From an uncultured Chloroflexia bacterium (GTDB taxonomy: Bacteria; Chloroflexota; Limnocylindria; Limnocylindrales; CSP1-4), in the NCBI GenBank assembly GCA_963734535.1, contig CAVTHS010000002.1, positions 192,001 through 256,000 of the forward strand: a stretch of 64,000 bases of DNA, written 5' to 3'. Below, piece by piece: positions 11,103 through 20,895 of this stretch. Under the pieces are notes generated by a model. That model was not told the DNA's origin, searched no databases, and worked only from the letters and a program-made list of their open reading frames with translations. The stretch's first letter is position 1. The number at the start of each line of letters is the position of its first letter. The translations under genes and the position numbers were made by a program.

Positions 11103-11858
11103 GTGCGGTTGCGCGCACGGGTCGAATACGACGGCACGGACTTCGCCGGGTTCCAGCTTCAGCTGGGGGCCCGGACGGTCCAGGGTGAACTCGAAGCCGC
11201 GCTCAGCACGCTCTCCGGCGGACGCCGGGTCCGGGTCGACGCGGCGGGACGCACCGACGCCGGGGTGCACGCGACGGGCCAGGTGATCGCATTCAGCTGG
11301 GCCGGGCGGCTCACGGTGGCGGAGCTCGGCAGGGCGTTCGACGCGCTGCTGCCGACGGATGTCGCGGTTCGCGACCTTCGCCGGGCACCGATCGGGTTTC
11401 GCCCTCGCTACGCGGCGCGGTATCGGGACTACCGCTACTCCGTCTGGAACGGGCCGCGAAGCCCGCTCCGCGAGCGTTACGCGCTCGGGGTGCGGACCCC
11501 TCTCGACGCCGCTGCGATGGCGCGGGCCGGGCTGGTCCTCGAGGGCCGGCACGACTTCTCGGCCTTCGGGGCGGTGGACCGCCAGCCGGTCCGAACCCTT
11601 CACGGGGTCCGGGTGCGGCGGGAAGGTCGCCTCGTGACGGTTGACGTTCGCGGGGACGCCTTCCTGCGGCAGATGGTGAGGCGAATCGTCGCGGCGCTCC
11701 TGCTGGTGGGCCGCGGGGAGGTCGAGGTATCGGCGGTCGCCGAGGCGCTCGCGTCACGGCAGCCGGCCTTCCACGGGGCAGTTGCCCCGGCGAAGGGGCT
11801 CTGCCTGCGGCGGGTCGTCATGGGACGGGTCGCACGGGAGATGAACGGAGAAACATGA
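11103..11858 (+). CDS. truA: tRNA pseudouridine(38-40) synthase
   Basis: GTG at 11103; EYDGTDFAGFQ, AGRTDAGVHATGQV, HDFSAF, FLRQMVR. Confidence 0.95.
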   Translation: MRLRARVEYDGTDFAGFQLQLGARTVQGELEAALSTLSGGRRVRVDAAGRTDAGVHATGQVIAFSWAGRLTVAELGRAFDALLPTDVAVRDLRRAPIGFRPRYAARYRDYRYSVWNGPRSPLRERYALGVRTPLDAAAMARAGLVLEGRHDFSAFGAVDRQPVRTLHGVRVRREGRLVTVDVRGDAFLRQMVRRIVAALLLVGRGEVEVSAVAEALASRQPAFHGAVAPAKGLCLRRVVMGRVAREMNGET

Positions 11859-12286
11859 CCGCGAAGACGTATACGCTCCGGGAGGCGGAGATCGTGCGAC
11901 GCTGGTACGTCGTCGACGCGACGGACGAGACGCTCGGCCGGCTCGCGTCGCGGATCGCCCGCGTCCTCGTGGGCAAGCACAAGCCGACCTACACGCCGAA
12001 CCTGGACGGCGGCGATCACGTGATCGTGCTCAACGCCGCGAAGGTCGCCGTCAGCCGCGACAAGCTCGATGCCAAGATCTATGCGCGGCACAGCGGCTAC
12101 CCGGGCGGGTACAAGGAGGAGACGCTCGGTCACCTGATGGAGCGCCGCCCCGAGGAGGCCGTGCGTCGCGCGGTCAAGGGCATGGTGCCCCACTCCCGCC
12201 TGGGTGCGCAGCAGCTCCGAAAGCTCAAGATCTACGCCGGCGCGGATCACCCCCACCAGGCGCAGCGGCCGGAACCGCTGACCTGA
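11855..12286 (+). CDS. rplM: 50S ribosomal protein L13
   Basis: WYVVDA...LGRLAS...GKHKPTYTP...HPHQAQ. Confidence 0.98.
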   Translation: MTAKTYTLREAEIVRRWYVVDATDETLGRLASRIARVLVGKHKPTYTPNLDGGDHVIVLNAAKVAVSRDKLDAKIYARHSGYPGGYKEETLGHLMERRPEEAVRRAVKGMVPHSRLGAQQLRKLKIYAGADHPHQAQRPEPLT

Positions 12287-12302
12287 CGAGGAGCATGCCC
12301 AC

Positions 12303-12701
12303 ATGACCATCCCGTCCTTCTTTCATGGGACCGGGCGCCGGAAGACCGCCGTCGCACGCGTCCGCCTCATCCCCGGCGAGGGCGAGATCGTCGTCAACGG
12401 CCGGTCGCTGGAGCAGCACTTCGGCAACGCCGTGCCCGAGGGCGAGCTGCGCATGCCGTTCCGCGTGACCGGCACCGAGGGCCGCTTCAACACCCTCATC
12501 AAGGTCGAGGGCGGTGGCGTCACCGGCCAGGCCGGCGCGATCCGGCACGGGATCGCCCGCGCCCTCCTGATGGTCGACCCCGAGAGCAATCGCGTCCCCC
12601 TCCGGCAGGCAGGCTTCCTGACCCGCGACCCGCGGATGAAGGAACGCAAGAAGTACGGCCTGAAGCGGGCCCGCAAGGCGCCCCAGTACACCAAGCGCTG
12701 A
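12303..12701 (+). CDS. rpsI: 30S ribosomal protein S9
   Basis: [12 protein letters not shown]...[14 protein letters not shown]...[19 protein letters not shown]. Confidence 0.98.
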   Translation: MTIPSFFHGTGRRKTAVARVRLIPGEGEIVVNGRSLEQHFGNAVPEGELRMPFRVTGTEGRFNTLIKVEGGGVTGQAGAIRHGIARALLMVDPESNRVPLRQAGFLTRDPRMKERKKYGLKRARKAPQYTKR

Positions 12702-12707
12702 GAGGCT

Positions 12708-12727
12708 GGGCGCCCTGACGGGCGCCC
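12708..12727 (+). terminator. Hairpin after rpsI (possible terminator)
   Basis: GGGCGCCC-TGAC-GGGCGCCC 8-bp stem; no U-tract. Confidence 0.4.
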
Positions 12728-12755
12728 GATCGGGCTCCACGAACCCAGGCGAGGG

Positions 12756-13767
12756 ATGACCGAGGCCCTCTTCGACCGATACCGGGAGGCCCTCCGGGCC
12801 GGCCACGTGGCCGTCATGCGCGGCAGGCTCGAGGCCGCCGCCGCGTGGTACCGGGAAGCCGCCTCGCTGGCGAGCGATCGTGCCGTGCCTCGGACCGCGC
12901 TCGGCTCCGTGGAGCTCCGGCTCGGCCAGCCCGTGCAGGCGCTCGACAGCTTCGACGCGGCGCTTGCCCTGGCTCCCGCGGACGACGCTGCGCTGATGGG
13001 CCGTGCCCAGGCGCTCGTGGTGCTCGAGCGGCCCGACGAGGCTTCCGCGACGTTCGATACGCTCGCGGACGCGCGCGAGGCGGCCGCGAAGCACCCCGAG
13101 GCGTGCGACGCGCTCCGACGCGCCCTGGAGATCGAGCCCACGCCGGCGCGCCGGGAGCGCTACCGCGCGCTGACCGAGGAGCTCCGCCGCCGGGTCGGGG
13201 ATGCCGAGGCGGAGCGGGCGCTTGCCCTCGCGCCCGGCCTCCTCGAGGACGCTGCCGACGCGCCCGTGCCCGCGCCCGTGGCCACGGCCGATGGGGCCAC
13301 TGCGGAGACGCCGGCCGGATCGCCCGGCGGCGCCCTCGATGGTGCGGGTGGCGCCGATGCGGTTGCGACCGGTCCCGGATCGCTCACCCCCCGGAACGAC
13401 GCGCCCGCACTCGTCGTGGACGGCAATGCGCTCGTGCTTGCCGCGGAGGAGGCGGCGGCACGCGGTGACGCGCAGGGCGCGGTCGCCGCCGCGATGGCGG
13501 CGGCCCGGGCGTTCCGGGCCGCTGGGCACCCGGTCGCGGCGCTCGATGCGTGCGTCGGTGGGTCTGAGCGCAGGGCCGGGCGACGTGGACCTCCACCTCC
13601 TGATCGCGGAGCTCGAGTTCGAACGCGGCGCGGTCGGCTCGGCGGCCGACACGTACCGCAGCCTCCTGCACCTCGTCGAGATCGAAGGCGACGCGGCCGC
13701 GCGTGCGCGCATCGTCACCGCGGCCCGGCAGGTGTTCCCCGACGATCCCGGGTTCGCCCTGCCCTGA
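12756..13767 (+). CDS. Tetratricopeptide-repeat protein with apparent +1 frameshift near 13557
   Basis: TPR-like helices (LGSVELRLGQPVQALDSFDAALALAP); the TPR-like sequence continues in the +1 frame (GLSAGPGDVDLHLLIAELEFERG...) to a stop at 13767. Confidence 0.75.
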
Positions 13768-13883
13768 CGTCGAGCGCCGTCCGCGGTGGAAGCGGGCGAT
13801 GGGGCGCCGCCCAGCCGGGCCGCGCCGGCGCGGTAGCGCGGCCGGGCGGTCGCGACGGACCCCGGTGCTACACTCACCGGACG

Positions 13884-14859
13884 ATGTCGCAGCTCCTCGA
13901 GTCGCTGGTCGGACAGATCCGACCGATCACGCTGGTCGACATCGGGATCACGGCGCTGGTCATCTACTGGCTGTTCAGCCTGATCCGCGGGACGCGCGCG
14001 GTGCGGCTGGTGATCGGCGTCAGCGTGATCCTCACGATCTACGCGATCGCCCAGGCCGTCGGGTTGCGCCTCGTCACCCAGCTCATGCAGGCGGGCGCGG
14101 TCGTCGGCCTGTTCGCCCTCGTGGTCGTCTTCCAGCCCGAGCTGCGCCGCGCACTCGAGCGGATCGGGCGCGTCGGGTCGTTCGCCTGGCTCACGTCACC
14201 CGCCGACCAGCGAAGCGCCGAGCAGATGGCGGCGGCGGTCGCCCGCGCGGCGACCCACCTCGCGGGTTTCGGCTTCGGGGCCCTGGTGGTCGTGGAGCGC
14301 GAGACGGGCCTGGAGGAGATCGCAGAGACCGGGGTGATGATCCACGCGGACCTTTCGTCCGATCTGCTCGAGGCCATCTTCACCCCGAGCGGCGCGCTCC
14401 ACGACGGTGCCGTGATCATCCGCGGCACGACGGTCGTCGCGGCCGGGGCGGTTCTCCCGCTCGCGGAGACGAGCGTGCACTCGGAGCGCTTCGGCACGCG
14501 GCACCGGGCCGCGCTCGGGATCACGGAGCAGACCGACGCGGTGGTCGTGGTGGTCTCGGAGGAGACCGGCCAGGCAAGCATCGTCGAGCGGGCCCGGATC
14601 CGGCGCAACCTCGACGAGCCGCAGCTGGTCCGCGCGATCATCGCCCTGATGCTTCCCGAGCGTGCCGCCGGGGCCGCGCTCCGCGGGCGGTTCCCGTCAC
14701 GAGCCGGCGGGTCCCCCGGGCCACTGGGACCCGGAGCGCTACGTCGGGCGGCGCTGGGCAGCTCGTGGACGCGCCGTCCGCCGCGGGGACGAGCCCGCGC
14801 CGGTCGCCGCCGAGGCTCGCGACGAGGCGGACGGCGCCGCGGCCGGGGCAGGTCGCTGA
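13884..14859 (+). CDS. cdaA: Diadenylate cyclase CdaA/DacA (3' end uncertain)
   Basis: ATG at 13884 after TGCTACACT; three N-terminal TM helices, VVFQPELRRALE, catalytic DGA (LHDGAVII) and RHR (GTRHRAALG). As given, the frame runs into cdaR; an alternative +1 frame stops at 14859. Confidence 0.88.
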
Positions 14860-14864
14860 GCACC

Positions 14865-16136
14865 GTGCGCCGGGTCATCGGGTTCGTCTTCCACAACTGG
14901 CCGCTCAAGCTCGCGGCGATCCTCCTCGCGACCCTCCTGTACGCGGGGTTGATCGTGTCGGCCAGCGCGGAGACATTCCAGGGGCGGATCCCGATCCAGG
15001 TCCTCAACCAGCCGGGCAACGCGTTCATCATCGGCAACCTCGACGATGTCACGGCCATTCGCTACCTGGCGATCGGGGCCAACCGGCCGACCGTCACCAC
15101 GGCCAGCTTCACCGCGACGATCGACCTCGCGAGCGTTCCCGTGGTCGCCGGCTCGCCACCGGTGAGCGTGCCCGTGATCCTCAGGACCACGGATCCGGCA
15201 AGCGTCCAGGTGATCGACTTCTCCCCGTCCCGGATCCAGGTCCGGCTCGATCCCCTGGCCAGCAAGACGGTCCCCGTGCAGGTCGATCGCGGATCCGTGC
15301 CCGAGGGCCTGGACGTGCGCGAGCCCGTCGTCTCGCAGGACAGCGTCACGGTCACCGGCCAGGAATCCTCGGTCGTGCTCGTCGCGGCGGCCGAGGCGCG
15401 CGTGAGGATCCAGCCGTCGGGGATCGACATCAACCAGGTCGTCGACCTGCTCGCGGTCGACGCGCGCGGCGACGTGGTCCCGACCGTCGAGCTGCAGCCC
15501 AGCTCGGTTCGGGTGACGATCCAGATCGGCAGCCAGCTCTCGACCCGGGCCCTGCCCGTCAACCCCGTCGTGTCCGGGATCCCGGACCCGGGCATGCTGG
15601 TCAGCGGGATCACCGCCGCCCCGCTGCTCGTGACGGTCGAGGCGGAGTCCGCGCTGCTCGCCACGCTCGTGAAGATCGACACGAAGCCGGTCTCGATCGC
15701 CGGGGCGACCACCGACGTCGTTGCCGACGCCGCGCTCGACCTGCCGCCTGGCGTCACCGCCCTCGGCGTCACGACCGTCCGCGTGACCGTGGCGATTCGC
15801 CCGCAGGTCGGCACGCGCTCCTTCCAGGTCGGCATCACCCTTGCGAATGCCGATCCCGCGACGCGCTACGATCTGGGCGCAGCCCAGGTCCTCGTCACGA
15901 TCGGCGGTCCGGTCGGGTCGCTCAATGCGCTCGACGGGGCCGCGCTCGTGGCGAGCATCGACGTGGCGGGCCTCGGCGCGGGGACGCATCCCCTCGTCCC
16001 CGTGGTGGCGGTCCCGGCCGCCCTGACCGTCGCGGCGATTTCGCCGCCGGAGGTTTCCGTGACCGTCACACCGCCCAGCTCGCCGTCGCCGTCACCCTCG
16101 CCGTCACCGGCGCCCAGCCCATCCGCGGCCCCGTGA
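14865..16136 (+). CDS. cdaR: CdaA regulator CdaR (YbbR repeats)
   Basis: N-terminal anchor HNWPLKLAAILLATLLY, about four beta-rich YbbR-like repeats, Pro/Ser tail; cdaA-cdaR-glmM synteny. Confidence 0.85.
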   Translation: MRRVIGFVFHNWPLKLAAILLATLLYAGLIVSASAETFQGRIPIQVLNQPGNAFIIGNLDDVTAIRYLAIGANRPTVTTASFTATIDLASVPVVAGSPPVSVPVILRTTDPASVQVIDFSPSRIQVRLDPLASKTVPVQVDRGSVPEGLDVREPVVSQDSVTVTGQESSVVLVAAAEARVRIQPSGIDINQVVDLLAVDARGDVVPTVELQPSSVRVTIQIGSQLSTRALPVNPVVSGIPDPGMLVSGITAAPLLVTVEAESALLATLVKIDTKPVSIAGATTDVVADAALDLPPGVTALGVTTVRVTVAIRPQVGTRSFQVGITLANADPATRYDLGAAQVLVTIGGPVGSLNALDGAALVASIDVAGLGAGTHPLVPVVAVPAALTVAAISPPEVSVTVTPPSSPSPSPSPSPAPSPSAAP

Positions 16137-16138
16137 CG

Positions 16139-17471
16139 ATGGGTCGACTCTTCGGGACCGATGGCATCCGCGGCGTCGCCAACGTCGACCTCCGGCCGAC
16201 GATCGCGTACGCGCTGGGAAGGGCGACTGCCCACGAGCTCGTGGGTGCGGGCGGGAGCCTCGTCGTGGGCCGCGACACCCGGCGGTCCGGGCAGATGTTC
16301 GTGGCTGCCATCGCGGCCGGCGCGGCCAGCCTCGGCGCCGACGTCCATGACGCGGACGTGCTCCCGACGCCGGCCCTCGCGTTCCTGGCGGGGACGAGGT
16401 CCTTCGCCGCCGGGATCATGGTCTCGGCGTCCCACAACCCGGCCGACGACAACGGGCTCAAGGTGCTCGACGGCCGCGGCCTCAAGCTCGACGACGCGGT
16501 GGAGGACCGGCTCGAGCAGCTCATCTGGCGAACCGAGGAGCTCGCCGGGCCGCGAAACGGTGGGATCGGGCGCATGGTCCACGACGCCTCCCTGGTCGAC
16601 CGCGTATCGGGCCGATCGGCTGAACCTCGCCCGGGCGACGCCGTGCCGCCTGCGCATCGTGCTCGACTGCGCGCACGGCTCCGGCGGCGTCACCGCCCCG
16701 GAGCTGCTGGCGGCGACCGGGGCCAGCGTGGAGGTGATCCACAACGACCCGGACGGAGAGAACATCAACGTCGGCTGCGGTGCCACCGCGCCAGCCGACC
16801 TCGCCGGGCAGGTGATCGCCCGCGGCGCGGACCTGGGCTTCGCGCTCGACGGCGACGCCGATCGCCTCGTCGTCGTCGACCGGCACGGCCGGGTCGTCGA
16901 CGGGGACCAGCTGCTGGGCCTCTGCGCGCTCGACCGGCTGGGCCGGGGCGCGCTCACCGGCGGGATCCTCGTCGTCACCGTCCTCTCGAACGGCGGCCTC
17001 GAGATGGCCCTCGGCGCCCGGGGCGGGCAGGTCGTCCGGACGCCGGTCGGCGACAAGTACATCCTCGACGGGATGCAGGTGACGGGGGCGAACCTCGGCG
17101 GCGAGAAGAGCGGCCACGTGATCGTCCTCGACCACGCGTCGACGGGCGACGGGCTGGTCACCGCGCTCGAGGTCCTCGGCATCGTGGGCCGGACCGGCCG
17201 ACCGATCGACGAGCTGGCGGCCGAGGTGCCGCTGTTCCCGCAGGAGCAGCGCGCGATCCACGTCCGTCACAAGGAGCAGTGGGAGGCGGACCCGGAGCTG
17301 CACCGGGCGATTGCCGCCGCGGAGGTCCGGCTGTCGACCGGCGGGAGGGTCCTCGTGCGTCCCTCGGGCACGGAATCGGCGCTCCGCGTGATGGTGGAGG
17401 GCCAGGACCACGAGCTGGTCGGCCGGCTCGCCGACGAGCTCGCGGCGTTGGCGGGCGACCGCCTAAACTAG
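16139..17471 (+). CDS. glmM: Phosphoglucosamine mutase with apparent +1 frameshift near 16600
   Basis: MGRLFGTDGIRG, SASHNP in one frame; DGDADR, GGEKSGH, RPSGTE in the next frame. Confidence 0.92.
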
Positions 17472-17519
17472 CCCGGCGGCCATCGAGGCCCGGTTGGCGC
17501 AACGGAGGCACTCGACGGC

Positions 17520-19349
17520 ATGTGCGGCATCGTCGGTTACACGGGCCCGCGGGCGGCCGGCCCGATCCTCCTCGAGGGGCTTCGGCGCCTGGAGTATCGC
17601 GGCTACGATTCGGCCGGGATCGCGCTGGTCACCGAGTCCGGCGAGCTCTTCGTCGAGAAGCGGGCCGGCAAGCTCGCGAACCTGCGCACGGCGCTCCTCG
17701 ACCGGACGCCGAACGCGGGGATCGGCCTCGCGCACACGCGGTGGGCCACGCACGGGCGCCCGAACGACCTCAATGCCCACCCGCACGTGGACTGCACCGG
17801 CGCGATCACCGTCATCCACAACGGGATCATCGAGAACTTCCGCGAGCTTCGAGACGGCCTGGAGGCCCGGGGTCACGTGCTCAGCTCCGAGACCGACACG
17901 GAGGCGCTGGCGCACCTCGTGGAGGAGGCCTACGCCGGCGACCTCGCGGATGCCGTGCGGGCCGCGCTCGCCCGCGTCGAGGGCGCCTACGCCGTGGCCG
18001 TCATGCACCGGGGCGAGCCGGATCGCCTCGTCGGGGCGCGCCAGAACGTGCCGCTGGTGGTGGGCATCGGGGATGGGGAGGCCTTCATCGCGTCCGACGT
18101 GGCGGCGATCCTCGCCCACACGAACCGGGTGGTCTTCCTCGAGGAGGGCGACGTCGTCGACCTGCGACCGACGCGGGCCATCATCACGGGTGTCGACGGG
18201 TCGCCCCGCGAGCGGCTCGTGACCCGGGTGGACTGGACCCCGGAGGCCGCCGAGAAGGGTGGCTTCGATCACTTCATGCTCAAGGAGATCCACGAGCAGC
18301 CGCAGGCGCTCCGCCAGTGCCTGGCCGGCCGGCTGGGCCCGGACCTGACCATCCGCACCGACGAGCTGGCCGGCATGGCGACGGCGCTCGCCGCCGTGGA
18401 CCGCGTGGAGTTCGTCGCCTGCGGCAGCGCGTCCTACGCCGCCCTCGTCGGCGCCGCCGCGGTCCAGGACTGGACTGGCCTCCCGGCCCGCGTGACCGTG
18501 GGCTCCGAGTTTCGCTACAGCCCGCCGCCGCTCGACGGCCGCACGCTCGTCATCGCCGTCACGCAGTCCGGGGAGACGGCCGACACGATCGCGCCCACCC
18601 GGTTCGCCCGCGAGCAGGGCTGCCCGATCATCGCCGTGACGAACACGGTCGGGTCCGCGATCACCCGCGAGGCGGGCGCGGTCCTCTTCCTGCAGGCAGG
18701 CCCGGAGGTCGCGGTCGCCGCGTCGAAGACGTTCACGACCCAGGTCCTGACCCTCGTCCTCGTCGCGGCGCAGATCGCGCGGCTGCGTGGGACGCTGGAC
18801 CGGGAGGTCGAGGCGGCACTCGTCCGCGAGCTGCGCGCGCTCCCGGAAGCGGCCCAGCGGGCCCTCGACGCGGCCGGCGGGATCGCCCCCATCGCCCGGC
18901 GGTACGTCAACTCCCGCGGTTTCATGTTCGTGGGACGCGGCTACACCTACCCGACCGCCATGGAGGGTGCCCTCAAGCTCAAGGAGGTCAGCTACCTGCA
19001 CGCCGAGGGCTATGCCGCCGGCGAGCTGAAGCATGGCCCGATCAGCCTGCTCGACGCGGAGTGCCCGCTGGTGGCGGTCGCGACGCGTTCCACGGTGTAC
19101 GAGAAGCTGGTCAGCAACATCATGGAGGGCCGGGCCCGCGACGCCCGCGTGATCGCGGTCGCGACCGAGGGCGACGACCAGATCGAGCGCTTCGCAGACG
19201 ACATCATGTGGGTTCCGCCGACCCACGAGGCGCTCGGGCCGATCCTCGCCATCATCCCCCTCCAGCTGTTCGCGTACCACGCCGCGGTTGCCCGCGGGAC
19301 CGACGTGGACCAGCCTCGCAACCTCGCGAAGTCGGTCACGGTCGAGTAG
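17520..19349 (+). CDS. glmS: Glutamine-fructose-6-phosphate transaminase
   Basis: MCGIVG, EYRGYDSAG, HTRWATHG, ends PRNLAKSVTVE. Confidence 0.98.
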   Translation: MCGIVGYTGPRAAGPILLEGLRRLEYRGYDSAGIALVTESGELFVEKRAGKLANLRTALLDRTPNAGIGLAHTRWATHGRPNDLNAHPHVDCTGAITVIHNGIIENFRELRDGLEARGHVLSSETDTEALAHLVEEAYAGDLADAVRAALARVEGAYAVAVMHRGEPDRLVGARQNVPLVVGIGDGEAFIASDVAAILAHTNRVVFLEEGDVVDLRPTRAIITGVDGSPRERLVTRVDWTPEAAEKGGFDHFMLKEIHEQPQALRQCLAGRLGPDLTIRTDELAGMATALAAVDRVEFVACGSASYAALVGAAAVQDWTGLPARVTVGSEFRYSPPPLDGRTLVIAVTQSGETADTIAPTRFAREQGCPIIAVTNTVGSAITREAGAVLFLQAGPEVAVAASKTFTTQVLTLVLVAAQIARLRGTLDREVEAALVRELRALPEAAQRALDAAGGIAPIARRYVNSRGFMFVGRGYTYPTAMEGALKLKEVSYLHAEGYAAGELKHGPISLLDAECPLVAVATRSTVYEKLVSNIMEGRARDARVIAVATEGDDQIERFADDIMWVPPTHEALGPILAIIPLQLFAYHAAVARGTDVDQPRNLAKSVTVE

Positions 19350-19352
19350 CGC

Positions 19353-19901
19353 GTGGCCACGCCGGACCCGCGGGTCCCGGACGCGACGCCGGAGCTCGGG
19401 CTCGACATCATCCGCGTCGAGCGAATCCGCGAGGCGCTGACGCGCTTCGGCGACCGATTCGTCCGGCGCGTGCTCACACCGCGGGAGGCGGCGTATGTTC
19501 GTGCGCGTCCCGAGACGTTCGCAGGCCGGTGGGCGGCCAAGGAGGCAGTGAGCAAGGTGCTCGGGCTCGGCGTGCGCGGGATCGGCTGGAGGGACATCGA
19601 GATCGAGCGGATGCCGACCGGCCAGCCCGCAGTCCGGCTCCACGGGCGAGCCGCCGCCCGGGCCGACCAGCTGGGGCTGGCGCGGATCGCCGTCAGCATC
19701 ACCCACGAGCGCGAGTACGCCCTGGCCGTCGCGTTCGGCGTGCGCACCACCGGTGGCCGCTATGTCTTCCCGCTCGACATCGAGGAGCGGCTGGGCGACC
19801 GCGAGGCGGCGCTGCTCCGCCGGATGGAGCGCATCCGCGGGCTCGGCCGCGAAGCGGCGGCACTGACGGCTGCCGCCGAGGAGCCCGGTCATGACGGCTG
19901 A
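19353..19901 (+). CDS. acpS: Holo-ACP synthase
   Basis: GLDII, AGRWAAKEAVSK, VSITHE; C-terminal extension. Confidence 0.92.
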   Translation: MATPDPRVPDATPELGLDIIRVERIREALTRFGDRFVRRVLTPREAAYVRARPETFAGRWAAKEAVSKVLGLGVRGIGWRDIEIERMPTGQPAVRLHGRAAARADQLGLARIAVSITHEREYALAVAFGVRTTGGRYVFPLDIEERLGDREAALLRRMERIRGLGREAAALTAAAEEPGHDG

Positions 19902-20895
19902 GCGTCCCGATCCGGCCGGGGTCGAGCGGCCGGCCGAGCGCCTGGACGACCGGAGCGCCGGGCTCCTGCTTCCCGGGCGGCCGGTCCGCGGCCACAAGGG
20001 CACGTTCGGGAAGCTGCTCGTGGTGGCGGGGTCGCTCGACTACGCGGGCGCCGCCCTCCTGGTCTGCCAGGCGGCCGGCCGGGCCGGAGCGGGTCTCGTC
20101 ACCCTCGCGGTCCCGGAGTCGCTCCAGCCGCTCTTCGCGGCGAAGGTCGTGGAGGCCACGACGCTGGCACTTGCCGAGGACGATGTCGAGGAGGTGGACC
20201 CGGAGCCCGCCCTGGCGCGAATCCTCGACCACGAGCACGACGCGCTCGTGGTGGGACCCGGGCTGCGGCCGTCCCTCGCGTCGGCTGCGCTGATCCGCGG
20301 CATCCTCGCGGCCGGCACCGGCGACGACGCCGGCCCCGCGGTCGTCGACGCGGAGGCGCTCCGATCGCTTGCCGCCGAGGACGGCTGGTGGGAGGGCGTG
20401 GTCCGGCCGTGCGTGCTGACCCCCCACGCCGGGGAGTTCCGCCGCCTGCGGGCCGCCGCGGGTGTCGCGGCGGAGGCCGACGGGGACCTCGTGGGGGACG
20501 ACGCGGCCCGGCTCGCGGCCGCCCGCGACGCGGCCGGCGCGTGGGGCCAGGTCGTGGTGCTCAAGGGGGCGCACACCGTGGTCGCGGCTCCCGACGGGTC
20601 CGCGGCCGTGGCGCCATTCGAGAACCCGGCGCTCGCCACGGGAGGGACCGGAGACGTCCTGGCGGGCACCATCGGCGGCCTGCTTGCCCAGGGCCTCCGT
20701 CCGTACGCGGCCGCGCGCCTGGGCGTCCACCTGCACGGGATGGCGGGCGAGGCGGTGCGGCATCGCATGGGCGACGCCGGCCTGCTGGCGGGCGATCTGC
20801 CCGTCGAGATCGCTCGGGCACGCCACCGGCTCGCGGTCGATGCCGCGCGTCGGGCGGGCGGCGCCACGCTCGGGTTCGGGACGCCCGCCGGATGA
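19891..20895 (+). CDS. nnrD: ADP-dependent NAD(P)HX dehydratase (stand-alone YjeF C-terminal domain)
   Basis: HKGTFG, GAALL, VVDAEAL, LTPHAGEF, LATGGTGDVLAG. Confidence 0.93.
   Translation: MTAERPDPAGVERPAERLDDRSAGLLLPGRPVRGHKGTFGKLLVVAGSLDYAGAALLVCQAAGRAGAGLVTLAVPESLQPLFAAKVVEATTLALAEDDVEEVDPEPALARILDHEHDALVVGPGLRPSLASAALIRGILAAGTGDDAGPAVVDAEALRSLAAEDGWWEGVVRPCVLTPHAGEFRRLRAAAGVAAEADGDLVGDDAARLAAARDAAGAWGQVVVLKGAHTVVAAPDGSAAVAPFENPALATGGTGDVLAGTIGGLLAQGLRPYAAARLGVHLHGMAGEAVRHRMGDAGLLAGDLPVEIARARHRLAVDAARRAGGATLGFGTPAG

Noticed and set aside
17472-17519. glmS ribozyme
   Set aside because: The glmM-glmS gap is only 48 nt, too short, and I saw no ribozyme core.
13703-19894. 2063-aa ORF
   Set aside because: Arg/Gly/Pro-rich shadow frame. 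Only its 16139-16600 part is real (glmM N-terminus).
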